Source of the DNA: Enterococcus phage AllMyExes
Length of the DNA stretch: 64,000 bases
Sequence record: PV544171.1
Direction: 5' to 3' (one strand)
A model generated the notes under the pieces. The model ran no database searches and was not told the origin of the DNA. It saw nothing but the letters and a program-made list of their open reading frames with translations. The stretch's first letter is position 1; each line of letters opens with the position of its first letter. Position numbers and translations under genes: made by a program. Positions 43,651 to 54,408 of the stretch are shown in pieces.

Positions 43651-45372
43651 TTGCCAAAATGGTTAGATAAAGCACTGGGTATAGAAAAATCGTCCATAGA
43701 AGAAACTAGGAATATGGAAAATTATAAGATGCATTTAAGGGAAATAGACACCAATGTGGTCAATAACGAGCCGTACAGTATGGAAAGTATTGAAAAAGGT
43801 ATGAATGGTAAGACCACTGCATATATGCAACCAATTATTGGAGAGATGTCAGTAAACCCCGGGTATAAAACTAAACCGTCTATACGTAACTCTCAGGACT
43901 TACATAAGACACTTAAAAAGTTTGGTAATAACATAATATTAAATGCTATTATTAATACACGGTCAAACCAAGTATCGATGTATTGTAAGCCCGCAAGAAA
44001 TTCTGAGACAGGTGTTGGTTACGAGATACGTTTAAAAGATATTGAAGCAGAACCTACTTCACATGACATTGCTAATATTAAGCGTATTGAAAGTTTTTTA
44101 GAAAACACAGCACAATTTAGAGACCCTAACAGAGATAATTTTACAACTTTTTGTAAAAAACTTGTTCGGGCAACATACATGTATGACCAAGTAAACTTTG
44201 AAAAGGTATTTGATAAAGATGGTAACTTTATCAAATTTGATACTGTAGACCCAACTACAATTTTCTTAGCAACAAATGGTGAAGGGAAACTAATTAAAAA
44301 CGGTGAAAGATTTGTTCAGGTTGTTGATAACAGAATTGTTGCTAAATTTAATGAGAGAGAACTAGCATTCGCAGTACGTAACCCAAGAGCAGACATCGAA
44401 GTAGGTCAGTATGGTTACCCAGAGTTAGAAATTGCGTTGAAGCAGTTTATTGCCCATGAAAATACAGAGGTATTTAACGATAGATTCTTCTCACATGGAG
44501 GAACTACCAGAGGTATCTTACATGTAAAAACAGGGCAACAGCAGTCTCAACAAGCACTAGACATTTTCCGTAGAGAGTGGAGAAGCTCACTAGCAGGGAT
44601 AAATGGCTCATGGCAAATACCTGTAGTTTCAGCAGAAGATGTCAAATTCGTCAATATGACACCCTCTGCCAATGATATGCAATTTGAAAAATGGCTTAAC
44701 TACTTAATTAATGTTATATCTGCTTTATATGGAATTGACCCTGCAGAGATAAACTTCCCTAATAATGGTGGTGCAACAGGTTCTAAAGGAGGCTCCCTAA
44801 ATGAAGGAAACTCAAAAGAGAAAATGCAAGCTTCTCAGAATAAAGGGCTACAACCCCTTTTAAGATTTATAGAGGACACCGTTAACACATATATTGTTGC
44901 GGAATTTGGAGAAAAATACCAATTCCAATTTAGGGGAGGAGACCTAAGTGCTCAACTAGATAAGCTTAAAATAATTGAGCAAGAAGGTAAAGTATTCAGA
45001 ACAGTTAACGAGATAAGACATGATAAAGGTTTAGAACCAATTAAAGGCGGAGACGTTATACTAAATGGTGTTCACATACAAGCTATTGGGCAAGCGTTAC
45101 AAGAAGAACAGCTAGAATACCAAAGAAGCCAAGACCGCTTAAATAGACTATTAGAGCTATCTGGTGGAGATGTAGAACAACCAGAACCAGAAGAACCTAA
45201 AGACAGTCAAAATGATACAGATGTTTCATTTCAGGATGAACAACAAGGTTTAAATGGTAAGTCTAAGAAAGTTAATGGCAAGGTAGATGACAATGTTGGC
45301 AAGGACGGTCAGTTAAAATCGGAAGAAAACACCAACTCAACTAAGCATGGTACTGATGGTATAAAAAAATAA
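43651..45372 (+). CDS. Portal protein (by size and position); TTG start.
   Basis: 573 aa, located between the terminase region and the prohead protease/capsid genes; acidic C-terminal tail. Confidence 0.55.
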   Translation: MPKWLDKALGIEKSSIEETRNMENYKMHLREIDTNVVNNEPYSMESIEKGMNGKTTAYMQPIIGEMSVNPGYKTKPSIRNSQDLHKTLKKFGNNIILNAIINTRSNQVSMYCKPARNSETGVGYEIRLKDIEAEPTSHDIANIKRIESFLENTAQFRDPNRDNFTTFCKKLVRATYMYDQVNFEKVFDKDGNFIKFDTVDPTTIFLATNGEGKLIKNGERFVQVVDNRIVAKFNERELAFAVRNPRADIEVGQYGYPELEIALKQFIAHENTEVFNDRFFSHGGTTRGILHVKTGQQQSQQALDIFRREWRSSLAGINGSWQIPVVSAEDVKFVNMTPSANDMQFEKWLNYLINVISALYGIDPAEINFPNNGGATGSKGGSLNEGNSKEKMQASQNKGLQPLLRFIEDTVNTYIVAEFGEKYQFQFRGGDLSAQLDKLKIIEQEGKVFRTVNEIRHDKGLEPIKGGDVILNGVHIQAIGQALQEEQLEYQRSQDRLNRLLELSGGDVEQPEPEEPKDSQNDTDVSFQDEQQGLNGKSKKVNGKVDDNVGKDGQLKSEENTNSTKHGTDGIKK

Positions 45373-45437
45373 TAAAAGATAATGGAGGGGGTTAGCTCCC
45401 CCTCAACTTTGTTTGTGTTACTAGATAGTACATGTTC

Positions 45438-45447
45438 TGCTATATTA
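45438..45447 (+). promoter_or_regulatory. Late-promoter motif TGCTATATTA.
   Basis: About 20 bp upstream of the start at 45467. Confidence 0.45.
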
Positions 45448-45466
45448 AATACAGTAAAACGTTTAG

Positions 45467-46273
45467 GTGGTGAAAAGCAAATTGTCAGAAGTTAGAGAAA
45501 AATATAGTATTTTCGTACCACTGGATATTGAAAATTCTATACAGAAGTCTGAATCTGTGAATGATGGTGAATGGTATGTGCAAGGATATGCAACTACCCC
45601 AGATTTAGATTTACAAGGAGATATTATTTTACCACAGGGCATTGATATTTCTTATTTTATTGAAAATGGTTGGATAAACTATGAGCATAAAAATGATGCT
45701 GAGTTTATTATAGGTGCCCCAACTAGCAATTGTTATGTTGATGTGGACAAAGGGTTATTCGTAGAGGCTAAGCTATTAAAGGATAACAAGTACGCACAGT
45801 CTATGTGGAAGCTAGCTAATACAATCCAGAAATCAGGAATATCTCGTCAGTTAGGTTTTTCTATTGAGGGTGCAGTAGTTAGTAGAAATGCACAAGATAA
45901 CAGAATCATAGAAGGTGTTAAAATACATAATGTTGCATTAACGACACATCCGGCTAACCCAAGAGCTACATGGGAGACACTAGTTAAATCTTGGACTACA
46001 GGATATGGTACAGCACCAGATGCACAAGTAGATGCAGGCGCACTTAGAAGAGAGATGTTTAAAGAGGACATTTCTAATTTGACGTATGCAGTAAGAACTA
46101 TTGCAGGGCTATATAGTAAAAAACCTGCAGAGAAAGAATTTATTTTACGTGAAGTAGCTAAGGATATAGAAGTAGACACTTCCGAAAATGAATTATCTAA
46201 ATTTATGTTACAATTAAGTAGAGGGATTTCCTTGAAAGAAGCAACAAACTTTATTGAAAGAAGAAAGGGGTAA
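45467..46273 (+). CDS. Prohead protease (by position); GTG start.
   Basis: 268 aa, between the portal and the scaffold-like and capsid genes. Confidence 0.45.
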   Translation: MVKSKLSEVREKYSIFVPLDIENSIQKSESVNDGEWYVQGYATTPDLDLQGDIILPQGIDISYFIENGWINYEHKNDAEFIIGAPTSNCYVDVDKGLFVEAKLLKDNKYAQSMWKLANTIQKSGISRQLGFSIEGAVVSRNAQDNRIIEGVKIHNVALTTHPANPRATWETLVKSWTTGYGTAPDAQVDAGALRREMFKEDISNLTYAVRTIAGLYSKKPAEKEFILREVAKDIEVDTSENELSKFMLQLSRGISLKEATNFIERRKG

Positions 46274-46279
46274 GAAATA

Positions 46280-47236
46280 GTGGCTAAAACATTGAACGAT
46301 ATTATAGAAGATTTTGATGCACAGTTAAATGAAAAAGTAAAACCTACTACAGATGAGGAAATTACAAAGTCTGTAGAAGAACCTACTGAACCAGAAAAAG
46401 TTGAAGAAGGTGCTGAGGTTGAGCCGGAAGAAAAGCCTAATGAATCTGAGGAAACTGCAGGCAATGACGGAGAAGAATCCGGAGTTACTGAAACAGTTGA
46501 AGCAGAACAGGAAGAGCCAGAAACTGTTGAAGAAGTAGCGGTTGAAGAGCCTGTCGAAGAATCAGCAGAAACTGTTGAAAAATCTGATAAAACTAAAGAA
46601 AATAAAGATGAAGAAGAAGAGGAGGAAGACGAAGAAGACGAAGACAAAAAGAAAGAAAAAGACAAGAAAGACAAAGATAAAAAAGACAAAGAAGATAAAG
46701 AAGACATCGAGAAGTCTACCGAAGTCGAACAAGTTATTAAATCTTCTGAAATCTTAGGGGCTATGGAAGCTATCTTTAAAAATATGTTAGGTCTAAGTGA
46801 AAAGTTAGACGAAATTCATAGAGAGTTTAAAGAAGCTAAAGAAGCTAAAGAAGCTAAAGAAAAAGACGAAGCTGAATCTGTTGAGAAATCTCTACTTGAC
46901 AACCCTGAAATTAAAACAGGAAAAGAGGACTCAGAAGGCAAGGCTGTTGGATTTGTTAATAAGTCTGTAGCAGTTGAGGAAGAGGTAGCTACCGAAGAAC
47001 CAACTGTAGATGTAGTTGTTGATGGTGAACAAGACACAGCAGAACCTGAAAAAGAAGTACCGTTCCGTGATAGAGTACAGGCTATTAGACCAGACTTTAT
47101 GGAAACATATAAACGTGTGTCTGTTAGCGGAGTAGCTCAACGTGGTGAATTAGAATCAGTTAGACACACTTGGGGAACTGCTAGAACAAATGAAGACCTA
47201 GCTAAAATTGAAGGGTTTATCAATAAATATAAATAA
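46280..47236 (+). CDS. Highly acidic E/K-rich protein with KDKKDK/EEEE repeats; probable scaffold.
   Basis: Low-complexity, charged 318-aa protein directly upstream of the capsid gene. Confidence 0.5.
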   Translation: MAKTLNDIIEDFDAQLNEKVKPTTDEEITKSVEEPTEPEKVEEGAEVEPEEKPNESEETAGNDGEESGVTETVEAEQEEPETVEEVAVEEPVEESAETVEKSDKTKENKDEEEEEEDEEDEDKKKEKDKKDKDKKDKEDKEDIEKSTEVEQVIKSSEILGAMEAIFKNMLGLSEKLDEIHREFKEAKEAKEAKEKDEAESVEKSLLDNPEIKTGKEDSEGKAVGFVNKSVAVEEEVATEEPTVDVVVDGEQDTAEPEKEVPFRDRVQAIRPDFMETYKRVSVSGVAQRGELESVRHTWGTARTNEDLAKIEGFINKYK

Positions 47237-47269
47237 TTTTACTATATAGTGAACGATTTTTAATTGTAC

Positions 47270-47279
47270 TGCTATATTA
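47270..47279 (+). promoter_or_regulatory. Late-promoter motif TGCTATATTA, partly palindromic (ctgctat/atagcag).
   Basis: About 100 bp upstream of the capsid start; a 9-bp-stem hairpin (agacctgac...gtcaggtct) lies between it and the start. Confidence 0.45.
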
Positions 47280-47376
47280 ATAGCAGAAACAATAAAAGAC
47301 CTGACATTCCCTCCTGAACCTCCACAGGGTCAGGTCTTATATTGAGAGGAATATAAAGAAAGGTGATTTATACATA

Positions 47377-48777
47377 ATGACAGAGAAAAAGAATACAGAA
47401 CGACAATTAACTTCCGTACAGGAAGAAGTAATTAAAGGCTTCACTACAGGATATGGTATTACACCAGAATCTCAAACTGATGCCGCCGCTTTAAGACGAG
47501 AGTTCTTAGACGACCAAATCACAATGCTAACTTGGGCAGACGGAGACTTATCATTTTATCGTGACATCACTAAACGTCCGGCAACTTCAACTGTAGCTAA
47601 ATATGACGTATATCTAGCGCATGGACGTGTAGGTCATACTCGTTTTACTCGTGAAATCGGTGTAGCACCAATTTCAGACCCTAACTTACGTCAAAAAACA
47701 GTTAACATGAAATATGTTTCTGATACTAAAAATATGAGTATCGCAACAGGTTTAGTTAACAACATTGAAGACCCAATGCGTATCTTGACAGACGATGCTA
47801 TCTCAGTTGTTGCTAAAACAATTGAATGGGCTTCTTTCTACGGTGACTCTGACTTATCAGAAAACCCAGATGCAGGTTCAGGTTTAGAGTTCGATGGTTT
47901 AGCTAAACTAATTGACAAACATAATGTACTAGATGCTAAAGGTGCTAGCTTAACAGAAGCTTTACTTAACCAAGCATCGGTATTAGTTGGTAAAGGTTAT
48001 GGTACACCAACAGATGCTTATATGCCTATCGGTGTTCAAGCAGACTTCGTTAACCAACAATTAGACCGCCAAGTTCAAGTAATTAGCGACAACGGTCAAA
48101 ACGCTACAATGGGATTCAACGTTAAAGGTTTTAACTCTGCACGTGGTTTCATTCGTTTACATGGTTCAACTGTAATGGAATTAGAACAAATTTTAGATGA
48201 AAATAGTATGCAACTACCTAATGCTCCTCAAAAAGCAACTGTTAAAGCTACTTTAGAAGCAGGAACAAAAGGTAAATTCCGTGATGAAGATTTAACAATC
48301 GACACAGAATACAAAGTTGTAGTAGTATCTGACGATGCAGAATCTGCACCATCTGATGTTGCATCTGTAGTAATTGACGACAAGAAAAAACAAGTTAAAT
48401 TAGAAATCACTATTAATAACATGTATCAAGCTCGTCCACAATATGTTGCAATTTACCGTAAAGGTTTGGAAACAGGATTGTTCTACCAAATCGCTAGAGT
48501 ACCTGCAAGTAAAGCAGTTGACGGAGTTATCACATTTATCGATGTGAACGATGAAATTCCTGAAACAGCGGACGTATTCGTTGGGGAATTAACTCCATCA
48601 GTAGTTCACTTGTTCGAGTTACTACCAATGATGCGCTTACCATTAGCACAAGTTAATGCTTCTGTAACATTCGCAGTATTATGGTATGGAGCTTTAGCAT
48701 TACGTGCACCTAAGAAATGGGCTCGCATTAAGAACGTTAAATATATTGCAACAGGTAACGTATTTAACGAACGCTAA
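47377..48777 (+). CDS. Major capsid protein (by size, position and expression signals).
   Basis: 466 aa; preceded by a late promoter and followed by the strongest terminator in the window. Confidence 0.6.
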   Translation: MTEKKNTERQLTSVQEEVIKGFTTGYGITPESQTDAAALRREFLDDQITMLTWADGDLSFYRDITKRPATSTVAKYDVYLAHGRVGHTRFTREIGVAPISDPNLRQKTVNMKYVSDTKNMSIATGLVNNIEDPMRILTDDAISVVAKTIEWASFYGDSDLSENPDAGSGLEFDGLAKLIDKHNVLDAKGASLTEALLNQASVLVGKGYGTPTDAYMPIGVQADFVNQQLDRQVQVISDNGQNATMGFNVKGFNSARGFIRLHGSTVMELEQILDENSMQLPNAPQKATVKATLEAGTKGKFRDEDLTIDTEYKVVVVSDDAESAPSDVASVVIDDKKKQVKLEITINNMYQARPQYVAIYRKGLETGLFYQIARVPASKAVDGVITFIDVNDEIPETADVFVGELTPSVVHLFELLPMMRLPLAQVNASVTFAVLWYGALALRAPKKWARIKNVKYIATGNVFNER

Positions 48778-48812
48778 TCTTTAGAAGACTAAGCAAAATT
48801 GAATAAAAATGG

Positions 48813-48850
48813 AATAGGGGACGGTTAATACTGTTCCCTATTTTTATTAT
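48813..48850 (+). terminator. Strong rho-independent terminator.
   Basis: aataggggacgg-ttaata-ctgttccctatt followed by tttttatt. Confidence 0.7.
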
Positions 48851-48857
48851 AAAATAC

Positions 48858-49139
48858 ATGTATGGAGGAAATAATATGTTAAAATCAGAAATCTTAATAA
48901 ATAAAACAGTAACAACAGCTTTTGGTGAGGTAACATTTGACCATAATGGGGAAACCACAGACCTAACAGTAGAACAGCAAGAACATTTAGGGACTAAAGT
49001 TCCATATATACAATATATACCAGATGCACCTAAAGCTAAAGAAAAAGAAGCTACTGCAGAAAAAGCAGACGAGGCACCTAAAAAGGCTAAGAAAGCGCCT
49101 GCTAAGAAAACTACAAAATCTAAAAAAGAGGAAGACTAA
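48858..49139 (+). CDS. Small protein with a Lys/Ala-rich histone-H1-like C-terminal tail.
   Basis: Tail AKEKEATAEKADEAPKKAKKAPAKKTTKSKKEED. Confidence 0.5.
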   Translation: MYGGNNMLKSEILINKTVTTAFGEVTFDHNGETTDLTVEQQEHLGTKVPYIQYIPDAPKAKEKEATAEKADEAPKKAKKAPAKKTTKSKKEED

Positions 49140-49151
49140 GGAGGTATTTAT

Positions 49152-50051
49152 ATGTACCCAGACTACGGATACGAGGAACAAGGGGACAATACATACCAAT
49201 ACCAACCATATGCACATGGGAACCCTAAGCATATAGATTTAGACAAAATTGATGATATACAGCCTGCTGATTATGGTTGGACACCTGCTACGCTGAAACA
49301 ATACATGTTTGGTGTAGAAGTTGTTAACCCTGAAACAGGGGAGCCTTTAGGAGATACTTTCTATGAACATATCATAGATTCAGCAATAGCTAAAGCAGAG
49401 AAACGACTAGATATTGCTATTATGCCTAGACTTATAAGAGGAGAACACCATGATTACCACCAATCAGATTTCAACTCTTACATGTATACTCATGTGTTTA
49501 AAAGACCTATTATTCAAGCAGAAAAGCTTCAATTAGAAGTTAATGGTAGAGGGTTATACAGATACCCGTCTAATTGGTGGAAAGTGTATGCACTAGCAGG
49601 TCATATACAAATGTACCCAACATCCCTCATGCAGACTGGAACACAGTTTGGTTATGAAATGACGTTCTCAGGGTACCCACAATTAGCAGGAATGCCTCCA
49701 TCAGGAGGACAAGTTGATGCTCCTCAAATGATTCATATTGACTATGTGGCAGGAATGCTACCTAGGAAAAATAGAGGATACAATGAAGACTGGGAGTGCC
49801 CTGCGGACTTAGAACAGCTTGTAATAAAATATGCGTTAAAAGAGATATTCCAACAATGGGGTAGACTTATAATTGGTGCAGGTATTGCTAGTAAGTCACT
49901 AACAGTAGATGGTATTAGTGAAAGTATACAAACAACACAGTCTGCTATGTATGGTGGAGCTTCTGCAGATATTCGACAAATTGACGAAGACATACAAGAA
50001 TTAGAAAAATCATTGGTATCTTACTTTGGAATGAACTTAGGTATTATTTAA
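49152..50051 (+). CDS. Structural (head/neck) hypothetical protein.
   Basis: Coupled ORF in the structural block. Confidence 0.5.
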   Translation: MYPDYGYEEQGDNTYQYQPYAHGNPKHIDLDKIDDIQPADYGWTPATLKQYMFGVEVVNPETGEPLGDTFYEHIIDSAIAKAEKRLDIAIMPRLIRGEHHDYHQSDFNSYMYTHVFKRPIIQAEKLQLEVNGRGLYRYPSNWWKVYALAGHIQMYPTSLMQTGTQFGYEMTFSGYPQLAGMPPSGGQVDAPQMIHIDYVAGMLPRKNRGYNEDWECPADLEQLVIKYALKEIFQQWGRLIIGAGIASKSLTVDGISESIQTTQSAMYGGASADIRQIDEDIQELEKSLVSYFGMNLGII

Positions 50052-50067
50052 AAAAGGGGGTTAACAA

Positions 50068-50937
50068 ATGGGTGAAAAACCAATTAGATTTGGTGGAGCA
50101 GGTGAAACAGGTAACCCTAACAAGCAATTAAATACTAGTAGGGTTGAATTTGAAACAAAAGGTATGGCTAGCTTCATTGAAAATAGAGGTATTGACGTTT
50201 TGTGGGAAAGAGCATGGCTATGTACATGCCGTAACCCAATGACCCTCTCACCTAAGTCGGATTGCCCCATCTGTAGGGGAAGAGGGATTGCTTACCAACC
50301 TGCAGTAAAATTAAGAATGGCTATACAGAGTCAAGAGAAAGGTATCTCTAATCAAGATTTAGGACTACTAGACACAGGAACCGCTATTGGAACGACTGAG
50401 CTAGATTCTAAGATAACCTTTAGGGACAGAATAACAGTCCCCGAAGTTAAAATATATCAAAGCTTTATTTTTAATGTAAATAAAAGAAGAGTAGCTAATG
50501 GACTATTTTTAAGCTATGATGTGAACAGTATAGAAGATATTTATGGTAAAGACGGACGTATCTTAGTTGATGGAGTCGATTTTAGAATGGACTATGACAC
50601 AAATACTATTTACCCAAATGAATCTTTGATAGATACTAATATATCCATAAATATGTCTGTTACACTTAGATATATTGTTATAGACCTGTTAAAAGAAAGC
50701 AGATACCAGTATACCACATTCGGTGTTAAACAAACACAATTTGAGTCACTACCTAAAAAGCTCTTATTGAAGCGTGAGGACGTGTTTATTGATAGTGAAC
50801 CATTTTCATTAGACATAGATACAGCAAGCCGTATGGAAGAGCTAGAGGGCAAAAAAGATACAAGTGAAGCTATGGTAGACCCTAAGCGTAAAGCTACAAA
50901 ATCAGGAGGCTTCTTTGGAGGTAAATTAAATGGCTAG
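50068..50937 (+). CDS. Structural hypothetical protein.
   Basis: GGGGG RBS. Confidence 0.5.
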   Translation: MGEKPIRFGGAGETGNPNKQLNTSRVEFETKGMASFIENRGIDVLWERAWLCTCRNPMTLSPKSDCPICRGRGIAYQPAVKLRMAIQSQEKGISNQDLGLLDTGTAIGTTELDSKITFRDRITVPEVKIYQSFIFNVNKRRVANGLFLSYDVNSIEDIYGKDGRILVDGVDFRMDYDTNTIYPNESLIDTNISINMSVTLRYIVIDLLKESRYQYTTFGVKQTQFESLPKKLLLKREDVFIDSEPFSLDIDTASRMEELEGKKDTSEAMVDPKRKATKSGGFFGGKLNG

Positions 50938-51553
50938 AAAAGGACAGAGACCCGTATTGTTTACTGATTCAAAAGCAATACTTGGCAATCTAACTCGTGC
51001 AGTGGTTGACGAAGTACTAAGTGATGCGCAAGATGTTGCTCTACGTAATGGGTCTTCTGTACAGAGAATGCCTAGCTATTTGATAGTAACAGAGTCTAGG
51101 ATGGCAAAAAATGGGGTTATAGATTTGAAACCTTTCTTTGCACGTTCTAATAAAAAGAAATATAATAAAAAAGGGGAATGGTACCTATACATCCCTATTA
51201 GTATGAAAACACGAAACATGTCAAGACGATTATACGATGAGTTGAGAGCAGTTCCAGTAGGCACAAAACCTGTAACTGTTAAAATGGACTATCTGTATGA
51301 TAGACGAAAGCAGAGCCCATCAGTGTCTAGTATTAACTACAAACCTAAATCTACTAATGTAACTGTTATACCACAGAGTTGGGGTAAAGGTACACGTAAC
51401 ACCTATGTAGCTTTCCGTACAGTTAACGCTAATTCTCCTGCGAATAGTTGGATAATAAATCGTAGAAACGTTAATGATGATGATATGAGTAAGACAATGC
51501 TAAGAAACATAGACAGGCTCATGAAATGGAAACTAAAGAATTTAGGAGGATAG
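50930..51553 (+). CDS. Structural hypothetical protein.
   Basis: Overlapping start/stop. Confidence 0.5.
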   Translation: MARKGQRPVLFTDSKAILGNLTRAVVDEVLSDAQDVALRNGSSVQRMPSYLIVTESRMAKNGVIDLKPFFARSNKKKYNKKGEWYLYIPISMKTRNMSRRLYDELRAVPVGTKPVTVKMDYLYDRRKQSPSVSSINYKPKSTNVTVIPQSWGKGTRNTYVAFRTVNANSPANSWIINRRNVNDDDMSKTMLRNIDRLMKWKLKNLGG

Positions 51554-51556
51554 TGT

Positions 51557-52402
51557 ATGATACCAAGTTTAGACACTTACTTGTATAAAGAATTTGAAGA
51601 AAGGCTAAGGATAATTCTATCAGAGTGCTATATTATAGACGAAGCTTTAAAGGGGATGGACAAAGAAGCTTTAGAATCTTTTAAAAACACTTATTGCTCT
51701 ATAGATGGTAAGCCACCTAAGAGAGAAGTAGAGATGTCCTATTCATTCCCACAAGAACATCTGGATTCATTTGCTCGATTTGTAGTAACTCTCGGTAGTA
51801 GCGAAGAAGATAGCAAGTCTATTGGAGGAATCCAAGGAGGCTACGAGTATCGAGAAGGTAATGTAATTAGTGAGGAAGCCACTATTATTAGAGAAGGTGA
51901 CAAGCTAATTATAAATACATCAAAACCAGTAGCGGACTATCTAAACAGCTCAGATATAAGTTTTGCAGAAAGCGACCATTTTAGGATTGAAGATAACAAA
52001 CCTGTATTTGATTTTTCATATAATGAGGAGTTAGAAGGTATATCCATTAATGTGTCGTATATAAGCAAAGTATCAGATGATGATGTTGCAGGTGTATACA
52101 AAGGATACCAATCTAACGATAATGTTAGTATAATTGGAATAAGTTCTAATATAGATACTGCTAGGTGTTTAGATGCAATTGCTAGAATTATACTAATCAC
52201 CATGAGAGACAGTTTAGATGAAAAAACAGGGTATATGTTGCAAACACTACATTTTGGTGATATGCAAGTTGTCATAGAATCAGGTGAAACACTTGTGTTT
52301 GGTAGACCTTGTACTGTAAACTACAGAGTTACTAATTCTATTGGATTTGATTTACAACAAAGAATCACAGAGATTATTACAAAAAGGAGGATGAAATCCT
52401 AG
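51557..52402 (+). CDS. Structural hypothetical protein.
   Basis: ORF. Confidence 0.5.
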   Translation: MIPSLDTYLYKEFEERLRIILSECYIIDEALKGMDKEALESFKNTYCSIDGKPPKREVEMSYSFPQEHLDSFARFVVTLGSSEEDSKSIGGIQGGYEYREGNVISEEATIIREGDKLIINTSKPVADYLNSSDISFAESDHFRIEDNKPVFDFSYNEELEGISINVSYISKVSDDDVAGVYKGYQSNDNVSIIGISSNIDTARCLDAIARIILITMRDSLDEKTGYMLQTLHFGDMQVVIESGETLVFGRPCTVNYRVTNSIGFDLQQRITEIITKRRMKS

Positions 52403-52635
52403 TGGCTAAAGAAACAGAGAAAGTAGTAAAAAAAGAAGTTAAAAAGGAGCAACCTAAAAAACCTAAAGGTTATGTCCATGTCGATACATTTTTAGATTAT
52501 GCAAAAGTATTATATGGACTAAATAAATATCAGGTAGCGGGTTTCAGAGCACTAATGGCAGGTAGAGAATACCAACACGAGGATGCTGATTTTGTTCCAT
52601 TTTTAGAAAAGTATATAGGAAAGGAAGTTAAATAA
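52402..52635 (+). CDS. Small structural protein.
   Basis: 77-aa ORF. Confidence 0.45.
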   Translation: MAKETEKVVKKEVKKEQPKKPKGYVHVDTFLDYAKVLYGLNKYQVAGFRALMAGREYQHEDADFVPFLEKYIGKEVK

Positions 52636-52638
52636 TAA

Positions 52639-54348
52639 ATGGCTGTAGAACAATTCCCAAGAAAAAAAGTATCACGTCCACATACTGAGATTACCGTAGA
52701 CACAAGCGGTATTGGTGGGGCATCAAGTAGCTCTGACAAAACATTAATGTTAGTCGGCTCTGCTAAAGGCGGTAAACCAGATACTGTTTATCGTTTCCGT
52801 AATTATCAACAAGCTAAACAAGTACTACGTAGTGGAGATTTGCTAGATGCTATTGAGTTAGCATGGAATGCATCTGACGTTAATACCGCATCAGCAGGAG
52901 ACATTTTAGCAGTTCGTGTTGAAGATGCTAAAAACGCAACTCTTACAAAAGGTGGTTTAACATTTGCTTCAACAATTTATGGGGTAGATGCAAATGAAAT
53001 TCAAGTAGCATTAGAAGACAACAATTTAACACACACAAAAAGATTGACTGTTGCATTTTCTAAAGATGGTTATAAGAAAGTTTTCGATAACTTAGGTAAA
53101 ATTTTCTCTATCCAATATAAAGGTAGTGAAGCTCAAGCCAACTTTACAATTGCACAAGATAAAATCAGTAAGAAAGCAACAACATTAACTTTAAATGTAG
53201 GTGCTGAACCAGAAAGTACAACAGAAGTAATGAAGTATGAGTTAGGTCAAGGTGTTTACTCTGAGACAAATGTCTTAGTTAGTGCAATCAATAGTTTACC
53301 AGATTGGGAGGCTAAATTCTTCCCTATAGGTGACAAAAACTTACCTACTGATGCTTTAGAGGCAGTAGACAAAGTAGATGTTAAGACAGAGGCTGTATTC
53401 GTAGGAGCTTTAGCAGGAGACATTGCTAAACAGCTAGAATACAATGACTATGTAACTGTAGCTGTAGATGCTACAAAACCTGTAGAAGACTTTGAATTAA
53501 CAAACTTAACAGGTGGTTCTGACGGAACTGCTCCTGAGTCTTGGGCTAATAAATTCCCATTACTAGCTAATGAAGGTGGTTACTACTTAGTGCCATTAAC
53601 AGATAAACAGGCAGTTCATTCTGAGGCTTTAGCTTTTGTTAAAGACCGTACAGACAATGGTGACCCAATGCGTATTATCGTTGGTGGAGGCACTAATGAA
53701 ACAGTAGAGGAAAGCATTACTCGTGCAACAAACCTACGTGACCCTAGAGCTTCTTTAGTAGGCTTCTCTGGAACTCGTAAAATGGATGACGGACGGTTGC
53801 TTAAATTACCGGGTTACATGATGGCTTCACAAATTGCAGGTATTGCAAGTGGTTTAGAAGTTGGTGAAGCAATCACTTTCAAACACTTCAACGTAACATC
53901 TGTAGACCGTGTATTTGAAAGTAGCCAGTTAGACATGTTAAACGAAAGTGGAGTAATCTCTATCGAGTTTGTACGTAACCGTACTTTAACTGCATTCCGT
54001 GTAGTGCAAGACGTAACTACCTACAATGACAAATCTGACCCAGTTAAAAATGAAATGTCTGTTGGTGAAGCAAACGACTTCTTAGTTTCAGAATTGAAAA
54101 TTGAACTAGATAACAACTTCATCGGAACTAAAGTGATTGACACAAGCGCAAGCTTAATCAAAAACTTTATCCAATCATTCTTAGATAACAAAAAACGTGC
54201 TCGTGAAATCCAAGATTACACACCGGAAGAAGTACAAGTTGTCTTAGAAGGTGACGTGGCATCAATCAGTATGACCGTAATGCCTATCCGTAGCTTGAAT
54301 AAGATTACTGTTCAGTTAGTATACAAACAACAAATCTTAACAGCATAG
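52639..54348 (+). CDS. Tail sheath protein (by size and position).
   Basis: 569 aa immediately upstream of the tube-sized gene. Confidence 0.55.
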   Translation: MAVEQFPRKKVSRPHTEITVDTSGIGGASSSSDKTLMLVGSAKGGKPDTVYRFRNYQQAKQVLRSGDLLDAIELAWNASDVNTASAGDILAVRVEDAKNATLTKGGLTFASTIYGVDANEIQVALEDNNLTHTKRLTVAFSKDGYKKVFDNLGKIFSIQYKGSEAQANFTIAQDKISKKATTLTLNVGAEPESTTEVMKYELGQGVYSETNVLVSAINSLPDWEAKFFPIGDKNLPTDALEAVDKVDVKTEAVFVGALAGDIAKQLEYNDYVTVAVDATKPVEDFELTNLTGGSDGTAPESWANKFPLLANEGGYYLVPLTDKQAVHSEALAFVKDRTDNGDPMRIIVGGGTNETVEESITRATNLRDPRASLVGFSGTRKMDDGRLLKLPGYMMASQIAGIASGLEVGEAITFKHFNVTSVDRVFESSQLDMLNESGVISIEFVRNRTLTAFRVVQDVTTYNDKSDPVKNEMSVGEANDFLVSELKIELDNNFIGTKVIDTSASLIKNFIQSFLDNKKRAREIQDYTPEEVQVVLEGDVASISMTVMPIRSLNKITVQLVYKQQILTA

Positions 54349-54408
54349 AGTGTAGGGGCAGTTGCCCCTCCTCTTACATAATGAATAAAATATAGGAGTG
54401 ATATATAC

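Noticed and set aside
45847-46707. 286-aa Ser-rich ORF on the minus strand.
   Set aside because: It is antisense to the acidic E/K-repeat gene (46280..47236), so the low-complexity GAA/GAG repeats read as TTC/CTC give Ser/Phe/Leu runs. It is on the wrong strand for the late operon and has no RBS.
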